Positions 30,637 through 39,478 of a DNA stretch of 64,000 bases are shown in pieces (the first letter of the stretch is position 1; every line of letters begins with the position of its first letter). Under the pieces are notes generated by a model. That model was not told where the DNA came from. It made no database searches and worked only from the letters and a program-made list of their open reading frames with translations. The position numbers were made by a program, and so were the translations under genes. Source of the DNA: Gemmatimonadota bacterium (GTDB taxonomy: Bacteria; Gemmatimonadota; Gemmatimonadetes; Longimicrobiales; Gaopeijiaceae); the NCBI GenBank assembly GCA_039589315.1, contig JBDHHQ010000015.1, forward strand, positions 63,703-127,702, read 5' to 3'.

Positions 30637-31620
30637 TCAGTCCAGCAACGTCCGGAGCGCCCGCCTCACGTAGACCGGTACCATGGCTCTGCGCCAGTCG
30701 ACGTCCACGATGATGTTCTCCAACGGATGGCATTGCTGGTGTGCCCGTTCTGCGAGCGCGACCACGAGGTCGTCATCCAGGACCTCGCCGCTGGCCATAT
30801 CCGTCCAGCCGGAGATGGCCCTGGGCCGCGAGCCGAGCGCGGTGACCACGCCCTGGATCGACTCGACCCGTCGGCTCTCGTCCATCTGAGCCGCCACCGC
30901 CACCGTCAGCAGCGGGAAGTCGATGGCGTTCCGCTGCCTCAGCTTGGCGTACGCGGCGCGAAAGCCGTTCGAGGGGAGCGGCAGCCGGATCCGCGTGACG
31001 ATCTCATGCGGGTGTCGCTGGGTATTCCAGATGCCATCGGCCCGGAAGAACTCGCCCAGCTCCACCGTCCGCTCGCCGTCCGGCCCCGTGAGATCGACGG
31101 CCGCGCCCAGGGTCATGAGCACGGGCGGCGTGTCGGCCGAATGTGCGGCCACGCACTTCTTCCCCACTCTGGTGACGTGGCAGACCGTGCCGTCCTTCTT
31201 GAGACAGTATCCCAGGGCTTGCCGCCAGAACCCGGTCTGGTTGTAGTAGGTGCAGCGGGTGTCCAGGCACACGTTGCCACCAATGGTGCCCGCGTTGCGC
31301 AGCTGCGGACCCGCCACGTGCGCCGCCGCGTCAGCCAGCGCCGGAACATGAAGTCGGACCAGGGGATGCGCAGCCACGTCGGTGAGCGTCTCCGCTGCTC
31401 CGATCGCCAGCTCGCCGCCCTCCGCACGAATGCCCTTGAGCTCGGCCAGCCCCTTCAGCGCCACCAGGTGGGCCGGCGTGAAGAGCCGGTGCTTCATGTT
31501 GGGCAGCAGATCGGTGCCACCCGCCACCACCATGGCGTTGGTGCCGTACTCGCCCAGCAGCTCCACCGCTTCCTCCAGCGTCCCGGGTCGGTGGTACCGG
31601 AACGGCGGCAGCCTCAGCAT
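30637..31620 (-). CDS. hcrB: FAD-binding subunit of xanthine-oxidase-family enzyme with extra Cys-rich insert (4-hydroxybenzoyl-CoA reductase beta-like)
   Basis: AGGTDLLPNMK, RNAGTIGGNVC, insert CLDTRCTYYNQ..FWR..LGYCLKK.G..CH....KKC. Confidence 0.78.
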   Translation of the reverse strand: MLRLPPFRYHRPGTLEEAVELLGEYGTNAMVVAGGTDLLPNMKHRLFTPAHLVALKGLAELKGIRAEGGELAIGAAETLTDVAAHPLVRLHVPALADAAAHVAGPQLRNAGTIGGNVCLDTRCTYYNQTGFWRQALGYCLKKDGTVCHVTRVGKKCVAAHSADTPPVLMTLGAAVDLTGPDGERTVELGEFFRADGIWNTQRHPHEIVTRIRLPLPSNGFRAAYAKLRQRNAIDFPLLTVAVAAQMDESRRVESIQGVVTALGSRPRAISGWTDMASGEVLDDDLVVALAERAHQQCHPLENIIVDVDWRRAMVPVYVRRALRTLLD

Positions 31621-31684
31621 GGGTGATCCCCGGCCCTGAAGCGGAGTACGGCCCCGACCGAGGCTGTCCGGGAGCGGCTTCCCA

Positions 31685-32647
31685 TCAGGATCCGCCGGGC
31701 TCCAGGGGTCGGGCCACGGCGATGCCATCTTGGCCGCCGATCTCCTGGATTCGCCGCGGCAGCGTCCGCTCGCTTATCTGCACCGAGTCTCCCACAAGGG
31801 GCGCGTGCATGAGATGGAGGTTCCCGTTCAGCCAGATCGCGATGCCGGTGTGGGCCACGTCGAGGCCAGCCACAGTGCTCGCTGCAGCGATGATGTCACC
31901 GTCCTGGATGCCGGGCGCCGCTTCGGAAATGCGGTCCTCGGGCACGAACAACCGCGTTTGCCTGGTCAGTCGAATCTCGTCGGTCCGCACCCGCTCCAGC
32001 GTCTCCGTCTCGGAGAGCTGCCGGTACGCGTCCGGATGGGTCGACATGAAGTCCACGGGATCCGGGTCCGCGACACCTCCGAGATCGGCCGTCACGTCCC
32101 GCATCAGGCCCTTCGCCTCGCCGTCGGCGATCCAGTCGGTGAAGTAGTGCAAGCGGCTGGGGTAGCCGTCGAGACTGCCGCCCCTGTACCGGATCTGTCT
32201 GAGGGTGCCCTGGTAGAGGGACCGATACACGTGCTCCTCGTTCAGCACGGCCGGGGGCGCGGTCTTCACGAAGCGGGCCAGCGCCAGCACGTTCTCGACG
32301 AAGGTCACGCAGTCGAGCGCCTCGAAGTTGACCACGAGCCGCTCGGGCCCCGGAATCTCCAGTGTCCTCGGCTGGTATGGGGTGCCCACGAAGCTCTGTC
32401 CGATCGCCACCACGGCGTCGCCCATGGGGAGGGAGTCCAGGCGGTTCTCATACGCCCAGGTGAGCCGCTCGTGTAGGATCGCCCAGTCGATGGGGAGCGC
32501 GGCGTCGGTCCGGTCGGCGCCCGACGACGCCTCCACCGCCGCGGGGTCGGCATCGCCCGAGCTGGGCGGAGCGCCCGCGTCGCGCTGGCAGGTCACCAGC
32601 AGCGACAGCATCGACGCGACCGCCAAGACTCGCACCGGCGTTCCCAT
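31685..32647 (-). CDS. DUF1460 / NlpC-P60-like amidase lipoprotein
   Basis: Lipobox-like LVTC, FVGTPY, LDCVTFVE, SRLHYFTDW, GLDVAHTG, LMHA. Confidence 0.85.
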   Translation of the reverse strand: MGTPVRVLAVASMLSLLVTCQRDAGAPPSSGDADPAAVEASSGADRTDAALPIDWAILHERLTWAYENRLDSLPMGDAVVAIGQSFVGTPYQPRTLEIPGPERLVVNFEALDCVTFVENVLALARFVKTAPPAVLNEEHVYRSLYQGTLRQIRYRGGSLDGYPSRLHYFTDWIADGEAKGLMRDVTADLGGVADPDPVDFMSTHPDAYRQLSETETLERVRTDEIRLTRQTRLFVPEDRISEAAPGIQDGDIIAAASTVAGLDVAHTGIAIWLNGNLHLMHAPLVGDSVQISERTLPRRIQEIGGQDGIAVARPLEPGGS

Positions 32648-35058
32648 CAGTCGGCCGGAATCGCCCGCTGGCCGGGCGCCGGATGGGGTTGTCCCGGCGG
32701 CGCCGGCTTGCCCAGGCGCCCCCGCTCCCGCGCCTCCTTGATCGCTCGCCACACCCGGGGAGCCGAGAAGGGCAGCGAGTCCATCCGAACACCCACCGCG
32801 TCATAGATCGCGTTGGCGATGGCGGGAATCGACGGGTGGAGCGGTCCCTCGCCGGCCTCCTTGGCGCCGTACGGCCCTTCCGGATCGATGGACTCGACGA
32901 TCAGCGACTCGAGCTCGGGCGTATCGAGGCTCGTGGGGATCTTGTAGTCGAGTAGAGAGGGCGCGTTGTGCAGTCCGGCACGGCCGTGATCTCCATCCTT
33001 GAAGATCTGCTCCTCCATGATCGCCTCTGCGGCACCCATATACGCCGATCCCTCCATCTGCCCCTCCACCAACACCGGGTTCAACGCCCGTCCGCAGTCG
33101 TGCGCCACCCAGATCTTGACGACGTCGACGATCCCGGTCTCGGGGTCGACAGCCACTTCTGCCACGTGCGCAGTGAACGAATACGCGGGCGAGGCCCCGA
33201 TGGTCCCGCCACGATACGCCCCGTGCACGTCCTTCGGGGTGTTGTACGATCCGGTCGCGCCCAGCGTCCCGAACCTGGCCTCGGCGAGGTTGAACGCGTC
33301 GCTGATCCGCATCTTCCGCTCGGTGTCCGGAGCCCATACGGCCCAGCCTCCAGCCAGGAGGACCTGACCGGGTTGGCACTCCCACTCCACGGCCACCACC
33401 TCCTGCACCTTCTGCCTCAGCTTCCTGGCCGCGTCGAGACAGGCATTTCCCAGCATGAAGGTGACACGCGACGAGTACGCGCCAAGGTCCACGGGCGTGA
33501 AGTCGGTGTCGCCGCGCATGACCCGGACGTAGTCCAGCGGCACGCCGAGCTCCTCGGCGGTGATGTAGGCCACCACGGAGTCGCACCCCTGGCCGATCTC
33601 CGAAGCCCCGCTGAAGACAGCCACCCGGCCAGAGCGGTCGACCTGGAGCTGGACCGCGGACTGGGGCATCTCGTTGGGATAGATGGGATAGTTGGTCCCG
33701 GAGATGTAGCAGGACCCGGCCACCCCGAGACCGTGGCCGAAGGGCAGCCTGCGGTACCGGGTGCGCCAGTGCGACGCCGCCTCCACCGCCTCCAGGCACT
33801 CGAGGAAGCCGTTGGACGTCACCCGGAGCTCGTTCACGGTCCGGGTATGCTCGCCGATGAAGTTCCGCCGCCGCAGCTCGATGGGGTCGATGCCCGTCGC
33901 CTCGGCCAGCTTGTCGAGCTGCACCTCGAAGGCGAAGCGCGGCTGGACGGAGCCGTGACCGCGCTTCGGCCCGCACGCCGGCTTGTTGGTGTACACACGC
34001 GTCGAGTCGAACCGGTAGGCCGGCATGGCATATGGGGCCGTCAGGAGCTGACCAGAGTAGTAGGTCGTCACCAGACCGAAGGAGGCGTAGGCCCCACCGT
34101 CCAACAGGATCTTGGCGTCCACCGCCTTCAGGAGGCCGTCGGTGTCGACGCCTGTCCGGTACCGCATCTTGAACGGGTGACGCCCGCGATGGGCGTAGAA
34201 TACCTCCTCGCGGGTGTAGAGGATCTTCACGGGCCGGCCCGCACGCATCGACAGGGCGGCGACGCAGAACTCGAGATCGAAAGGCTCCGACTTGCCGCCA
34301 AAGGCGCCACCAACCGGTGGCTGAAGCACCCTCACTATGGCCGGATCCAGCTCCAGGACGCGGGCGAGCTCTCTATGTAGGTAGTGGGGCACCTGTGTCG
34401 CCGACCACACCGTGAGCTTCCCGGCCTCGTCGTACAGACCGATCGCGCAGTGGGGTTCAATGGGCGTGTGGGTGGTGCCCTCGAAGAAGTAGTCGCCCTC
34501 GACCACGACCTCGGCGTCGTCCATGAGGCCGTCGACATCGCCGAACTCCAACTTGACGATCTTCGTGATGTTGCCGTTGTGGCCTTCCTTCCGTGGCTCG
34601 TGAATCCACGGCCCCTCCCTGGCCGCCAGGGCCGCCTCCGGCTCCAGGTAGGCAGGGAGCTCGTCGTACTCGACGTCGATCAGCTCCAGGGCGCGCAGGG
34701 CCGTGTCCTCATCCACGGCCGCCACTGCAGCGACACCGTCTCCGATGTAACGAACGCGCTCCACGCACAGAGGGTATTCGTCCGGGGTCCAGGGGATGAT
34801 TCCGTACCGGACCGGCATGTCCTCGCCCGTGATCACGGCGTGTACGCCGGAGAGAGCGAAGGCGCGGCTGGTGTCCACGGAGACGATGCTCGCGTGGGGA
34901 TGGGGGCTGCGCAGGATCTTCCCGTGAAGCATGCCGGCCAAGGCGATATCATCGGTGTACTTGGTACGGCCGGTCGACTTGTCCAGGCCATCGACCTTGC
35001 GCTGGGCGTGGCCAACTATGTGAAGGTCCGACTGAGAGTTACGGGGTTTCTCCTTCAC
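32647..35058 (-). CDS. hcrA: Molybdopterin-binding large subunit (4-hydroxybenzoyl-CoA reductase alpha-like)
   Basis: LRSPHPHA, GGAFGGK, KRGHG, EIGQG, YSSRVT, GPYGAKEAGEG. Confidence 0.8.
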   Translation of the reverse strand: MKEKPRNSQSDLHIVGHAQRKVDGLDKSTGRTKYTDDIALAGMLHGKILRSPHPHASIVSVDTSRAFALSGVHAVITGEDMPVRYGIIPWTPDEYPLCVERVRYIGDGVAAVAAVDEDTALRALELIDVEYDELPAYLEPEAALAAREGPWIHEPRKEGHNGNITKIVKLEFGDVDGLMDDAEVVVEGDYFFEGTTHTPIEPHCAIGLYDEAGKLTVWSATQVPHYLHRELARVLELDPAIVRVLQPPVGGAFGGKSEPFDLEFCVAALSMRAGRPVKILYTREEVFYAHRGRHPFKMRYRTGVDTDGLLKAVDAKILLDGGAYASFGLVTTYYSGQLLTAPYAMPAYRFDSTRVYTNKPACGPKRGHGSVQPRFAFEVQLDKLAEATGIDPIELRRRNFIGEHTRTVNELRVTSNGFLECLEAVEAASHWRTRYRRLPFGHGLGVAGSCYISGTNYPIYPNEMPQSAVQLQVDRSGRVAVFSGASEIGQGCDSVVAYITAEELGVPLDYVRVMRGDTDFTPVDLGAYSSRVTFMLGNACLDAARKLRQKVQEVVAVEWECQPGQVLLAGGWAVWAPDTERKMRISDAFNLAEARFGTLGATGSYNTPKDVHGAYRGGTIGASPAYSFTAHVAEVAVDPETGIVDVVKIWVAHDCGRALNPVLVEGQMEGSAYMGAAEAIMEEQIFKDGDHGRAGLHNAPSLLDYKIPTSLDTPELESLIVESIDPEGPYGAKEAGEGPLHPSIPAIANAIYDAVGVRMDSLPFSAPRVWRAIKEARERGRLGKPAPPGQPHPAPGQRAIPAD

Positions 35059-35612
35059 GGGCTCCGCCTTCGACTCGTTGTCGTCGAATCTTGCAATGAC
35101 AAGTCCGACCTGTGTTTAGGCAGGCCCGCCTCTCCAGCCGATATCCTGGCTCCTGCTGCCTCTACCGCCTCGTAGATCTTGGTGTAGCCGGTGCAGCGAC
35201 AGAGATTGCCGGACAACGCCTCCTGGATCTCCCGCCGGGTGGGCGCCTGGTTCCTCTCCAGCAGAGCGGCGGCCGAGCAGAGGATGCCGGGCGTGCAGAA
35301 TCCACACTGCGCGGCGCCGAACAGATCGAACGTATCCTGGAGTGGATGGGGGGCGGAGGCCGTGGACAGCCCCTCGACCGTCACCACCGAGCGACCCTCG
35401 GCCTCCCACACCGGGGTGATGCACGCGAGTGTCGGCGTTCCGTCCAACAGGACCGTGCAGGCGCCGCAATCTCCCTTGTCGCAGCCCTGCTTCGAGCCGG
35501 TGAGCCCGATAACGTAGCGCAGCGTTTCCAGGAGTGTGTAGTGGGTCGGAGCGCCAACCTCGAAGAGGTCGCCGTTCACGCGTAGGCGGACAATCTCGTG
35601 GTGTGTTTCCAA
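35055..35612 (-). CDS. hcrC: [2Fe-2S] small subunit (HcrC/CoxS-like)
   Basis: KQGCDKGDCGACTV, QCGFCTPG, GNLCRCTGY. TTG start at 35612 inferred. Confidence 0.8.
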   Translation of the reverse strand: METHHEIVRLRVNGDLFEVGAPTHYTLLETLRYVIGLTGSKQGCDKGDCGACTVLLDGTPTLACITPVWEAEGRSVVTVEGLSTASAPHPLQDTFDLFGAAQCGFCTPGILCSAAALLERNQAPTRREIQEALSGNLCRCTGYTKIYEAVEAAGARISAGEAGLPKHRSDLSLQDSTTTSRRRSP

Positions 35613-35762
35613 GATTCGCGGAGCACCTCGGCACGGGGGGCCGGGGACATGCGCGATTAGAGCTCGACCCCGGACCAACGGCTCAAAGGTGACTGGCTGT
35701 GAAGTCGGAATCAAGCGACGCCAGGGCAGGCCCTCCGCGGGGCCCGGGTCGGACTCTCGGGG

Positions 35763-35790
35763 TTGACCGACCGGATACGCCTTTTACAAT
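35763..35790 (+). promoter_or_regulatory. Sigma70-type promoter TTGACC-16-TACAAT
   Basis: Near-consensus hexamers upstream of the bacilliredoxin gene. Confidence 0.55.
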
Positions 35791-35895
35791 CCGTGGACAC
35801 CTCGGGCTGAGCCTGGTGTATACGCGTCTCAACCCGGGAGCTCGACCTTTCACGACGCGCCCTCGACGGGCCCACGAAGGCAAGGAGTTGAAGGA

Positions 35896-36318
35896 ATGCC
35901 GTACCCCGACATGCTTGTTGCCCCCATGCGCCAGGACCTGACCCGCGTCGGGTTCCGCGAGCTACGCACCGCCGACGAGGTGGACGACATCCTCTCCAAC
36001 TCCAGCGGCACGGTGCTCGTTGCGGTCAACTCCGTTTGCGGCTGCGCAGCCGGCGCTATGCGACCGGCCGTGGCCATGGCCATCAGCAGCAGCGATCAGC
36101 TTCCCCAGATGATGACCACCGTGTTCGCCGGTCAGGACCTCGAGGCGACGGACCGGGCTCGGGAGTACTTCACGGGCTACCCACCCTCGTCCCCCTCGGT
36201 CGCGTTGCTCAAGGAAGGCGAGTTGGTGTACATGATGGAGCGTCATCAGATCGAGGGCCGCCACGCCATTCAGATCGCGGAGGACCTCAAGAGCGCCTTC
36301 GAGGAACACTGCGGCTGA
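35896..36318 (+). CDS. BrxA/BrxB (YphP/YqiW) bacilliredoxin
   Basis: NSVCGCAAG, TVFAGQD, PPSSPS, ERHQIEG. Confidence 0.92.
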   Translation: MPYPDMLVAPMRQDLTRVGFRELRTADEVDDILSNSSGTVLVAVNSVCGCAAGAMRPAVAMAISSSDQLPQMMTTVFAGQDLEATDRAREYFTGYPPSSPSVALLKEGELVYMMERHQIEGRHAIQIAEDLKSAFEEHCG

Positions 36319-36349
36319 TCGGAACGCCTCGCACGCCGGAGCCGGTCCC

Positions 36350-36922
36350 ATGGACGACCTGGACCTGAGTGATCTCGAAAGCGCCGCACCGGCCCGGAAG
36401 GGCCCCTCCACGCTCAAGTGGCTGTTCAGGCTCGTGCTCGGAATGGCGCTGGCCTTCGGGGCTGGAGCGGGTTGGCAATGGTGGGAGGCGCGGACCGCAC
36501 GGGAGCAGGTCGTGGAGCTGCAGCGCTCCATCGAGCTCGAGCGCCTCGGCGGAACCCTTACCGCCGCGCTGGTGCAGGCCGGCGTCGGACGATACGAGGA
36601 CGCGCGTCAGCTCACGAGTGACTTCTTCACGGAGCTCCAGAAGCAGGCGCAGGGGACCTCGGAGCTTGCGCCGGCCCTGGCCGAGATCCTCTCTGAGCGG
36701 GACCGGATCATCACGGTACTCTCTCGGGGCGACGCGAACGGGATCACGCTCCTCACCAACGTCCATCGCCGGTACCGCGAGGCGACGGGCCTGAGCCTCG
36801 AGGCGGCCCCCGCGCCGAGCCCGGTGATCGAAGAGACTCCGGTGCCCGAGGAGACGCCGGCGACCGATTCCGCCGGCGACAAGGCCGCCGAGCCACAGAC
36901 GGGTTTCAGCACCGGCCCGTGA
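36350..36922 (+). CDS. Hypothetical single-TM helical protein
   Basis: One TM, coiled-coil-like segment, low-complexity tail; GTGA overlap with next gene. Confidence 0.7.
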   Translation: MDDLDLSDLESAAPARKGPSTLKWLFRLVLGMALAFGAGAGWQWWEARTAREQVVELQRSIELERLGGTLTAALVQAGVGRYEDARQLTSDFFTELQKQAQGTSELAPALAEILSERDRIITVLSRGDANGITLLTNVHRRYREATGLSLEAAPAPSPVIEETPVPEETPATDSAGDKAAEPQTGFSTGP

Positions 36923-37389
36923 CCAACGACCGGGTCGAGGTCGGGGTCGTCTCGGACACGCACGGACTACTCCGCCCGGAGGCAGTCCAGGCGCTTCAGG
37001 GGGTGGACGTCATCCTCCACGCCGGCGACGTCGGCGACCCCCTCATCCTGCAACAGCTCGTCTCGCTGGCCCCGGTGTTCGTGGTCCGCGGTAACGTGGA
37101 TCGAGCCCCCTGGGCCGACGCCTTGCCCTCCACCGAGGTCGTCGAGGTGGCTGGCGTGACCTTTTTCATGCTGCATGAGCTCGAGCAGCTGGACCTCGAC
37201 CCCGCCGAGGCCGGGATCGACGTGGTCGTATACGGCCACTCGCATCGGCCCGACGCCGAGGAGAAGGACGGGGTGCTCTATCTCAACCCGGGCAGCGCAG
37301 GTCCCCGCCGATTCGACCTTCCGGTCACGGTGGCCCGGCTCTCGATCGGCGAGGGCACGCTGGAGGCTGGGATCGTCTCGTTGGTGTAG
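36919..37389 (+). CDS. YfcE/Vps29-family metallophosphoesterase
   Basis: SDTH, HAGD, GNVD, GHSH, NPGS. Confidence 0.92.
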   Translation: MTNDRVEVGVVSDTHGLLRPEAVQALQGVDVILHAGDVGDPLILQQLVSLAPVFVVRGNVDRAPWADALPSTEVVEVAGVTFFMLHELEQLDLDPAEAGIDVVVYGHSHRPDAEEKDGVLYLNPGSAGPRRFDLPVTVARLSIGEGTLEAGIVSLV

Positions 37390-37498
37390 GCGGACATGGG
37401 TTTTGCGGGCGAGGCTACCGGCGCTTCGTTCACGGGTCTTTGAGTGGGGCAGGGCCAGGGGGTCGGGGAATCGTCCGGCCAGGAGCCCCGGACTGCCG

Positions 37499-38461
37499 TC
37501 AGAGGATCGTCTGGCCCAGGGCGCTGGCCATGAGACCGACGGCCAGTTGGGCCGTCCGGTTCTCCACGTCCAGGACCGGGTTCAGCTCAACGAACTCGAG
37601 ACTGACCAGACGCCGCGAGCGGGCCACCTTCTCACAGCCCAGGTGGGCCTCGCGAAACGTCAAACCGCCCTGGACCGGAGTGCCCACACCCGGAGCGACC
37701 ATGGGATCGATGCTGTCCAGGTCGAAGGACAGGTGGAATCCGGCGGTGCTCTCCGATGCGCGGCGGATGGCCTCGTCGACACACGAAGCCATGCCGCGCT
37801 CGTCGATCTCGCTCATCGTGAACACGCGCACGCCGGACTCGTTCACCAGACTCCGCTCGGAACCATCCACCTCTCTCGCCCCGATGATGCTCACGTGCTC
37901 GGCTCGCACGGCGGGAGGATCGCAGACGAGCGCGCCCAGCCTGTTGTCCCCGTAGCCCAGAAGCGCCGCCAGGGGCATGCCGTGCACGTTGCCGCTCGGG
38001 CTCGTGGCCGGGACGTTCATGTCGGTGTGGGCATCGACCCAGATCAGCCCGATGGGACGACCCTGATCCCGGTAATGGCGGGCGACCGCCGGCACCGATC
38101 CCAGGGCGACGGAGTGATCACCGCCCAGAATGAGCGGCAAGCACCCCCGACTCAGCCCCTGCGTGACCAGCTCCCGCGTGCGCATGGCCACGTCGGTGAT
38201 CTCAGCGACGAATCGGGCCGAGGCGTCCTCTGCGGCGATGGTCTCGGGATCGTGCGCCGTCACTGTGCCGATCTCCCGCACGCTCCACCCCACCCGGGTC
38301 AGCGCCTCTCCGAGACCGGCGATCCGGATGGCAGACGGGCCCATGTCCACGCCCCGGCGACCCGCACCCAGGTCCTGGGACACCGATACCAGTGCCAGCT
38401 GATGGGCGGACCGAGTACCAGCCTCTCCCCGGGTTCGCGTGTCTTCCTTGGCGTCCTGCAC
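37499..38461 (-). CDS. rocF: Arginase
   Basis: GVDMGPSAIR, GGDHS, DAHTD, SGNVHGMP, SFDLD, ELNP. Confidence 0.93.
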   Translation of the reverse strand: MQDAKEDTRTRGEAGTRSAHQLALVSVSQDLGAGRRGVDMGPSAIRIAGLGEALTRVGWSVREIGTVTAHDPETIAAEDASARFVAEITDVAMRTRELVTQGLSRGCLPLILGGDHSVALGSVPAVARHYRDQGRPIGLIWVDAHTDMNVPATSPSGNVHGMPLAALLGYGDNRLGALVCDPPAVRAEHVSIIGAREVDGSERSLVNESGVRVFTMSEIDERGMASCVDEAIRRASESTAGFHLSFDLDSIDPMVAPGVGTPVQGGLTFREAHLGCEKVARSRRLVSLEFVELNPVLDVENRTAQLAVGLMASALGQTIL

Positions 38462-38466
38462 CGGAC

Positions 38467-38751
38467 TCAGGGCTCCACCGTCACGCCCCGCCAGAAGGCC
38501 ACGCGGTCCTTCAAGTACATGGCGGCTTCGGTGGGATCCGGATAGAACCAGGCGGCGTCGGGGTTCGCTTGGCCGTCGACCACGACGTGGTAGTAGCTCG
38601 CGATGCCCTTCCAGGGACAGCGTGTGTGGGTGTCACTCGACACGAAGTGCGCCCGGTTCAGCGAGTCGGGTGGGAAGTACACGTTCCCCTCGACGACCAC
38701 GACGTCGTCGCTCTCCACCAGGAGCGCCGACATCCAGGTCGCCCGGGCCAT
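38467..38751 (-). CDS. DUF427 domain protein
   Basis: VEGNVYFPP, CPWKGIASYY, AAWFYP. Confidence 0.9.
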   Translation of the reverse strand: MARATWMSALLVESDDVVVVEGNVYFPPDSLNRAHFVSSDTHTRCPWKGIASYYHVVVDGQANPDAAWFYPDPTEAAMYLKDRVAFWRGVTVEP

Positions 38752-38757
38752 GTGCGG

Positions 38758-39471
38758 TCAACCTCCGCGGAGGCGGCGCCGCTCCCGGCGCTCCAGCCGC
38801 TTGCGCCGCTTCGCTTCCCTGGCAGTCTCGCCCGGCTCTCGTACCGTGACCTCGGCGCCGCCCATGATGGCGAGTCCGTTGACCTTCAGGATGGGGGCGT
38901 CCGGGTCGTAGATGCGGCTGACCTCCTCCGCACAGTCGAAGCCCCCCATGATCCCCATGCCGCTGAACTCCACCTGGAGGTGCGGCGGTACGACGATCTC
39001 GACCCCGCCCCACACGGCGAATACGGTCACTTCCGTGACTCCCGGGCCCAGGCGTGCCTCTCGGAAGTCGAGCTCCACGCCGCCCATGCACGCGATGCCC
39101 CAGACGTGGCGTGCCGGCACCCAGTCGCCTTTCCGGGACGGTCCCCCGAACAGACCTACGACAACTTGGTTGTCCTTAACGAGCTCGGGCCGCGCCACGG
39201 CCGTCCGACCCCGGGGCACGGGGGTCGTTGCAGGATTCTCGGCTGCGGGTACCAGGGCCTCGCCCGGAGTCGGCAGGTCCTGGAGGAGCCGACGTAGATC
39301 CTGAACGGTCTCGGCCCGATGTGCCGCATCCACTCGACGCTCGAACTCGCCGAGGTCGAGCGTGTCGGCAGCGAAGTGCTCGCACAGCGCGTCGATGGCT
39401 CGCTGGCGCGTCTCCTGGGAGGCCTTGACCCCACCCTGCACCTCGCCTCCGCCCTTGTCGTCTTCCGCCAT
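38758..39471 (-). CDS. DUF1707 (SHOCT-like) plus LiaF-like C-terminal domain protein
   Basis: RQRAIDALCEHFA..TLDLGEFERRV; GGVELDFREA, GGVEIVVPP. Confidence 0.85.
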   Translation of the reverse strand: MAEDDKGGGEVQGGVKASQETRQRAIDALCEHFAADTLDLGEFERRVDAAHRAETVQDLRRLLQDLPTPGEALVPAAENPATTPVPRGRTAVARPELVKDNQVVVGLFGGPSRKGDWVPARHVWGIACMGGVELDFREARLGPGVTEVTVFAVWGGVEIVVPPHLQVEFSGMGIMGGFDCAEEVSRIYDPDAPILKVNGLAIMGGAEVTVREPGETAREAKRRKRLERRERRRLRGG

Positions 39472-39478
39472 CTCTCCG

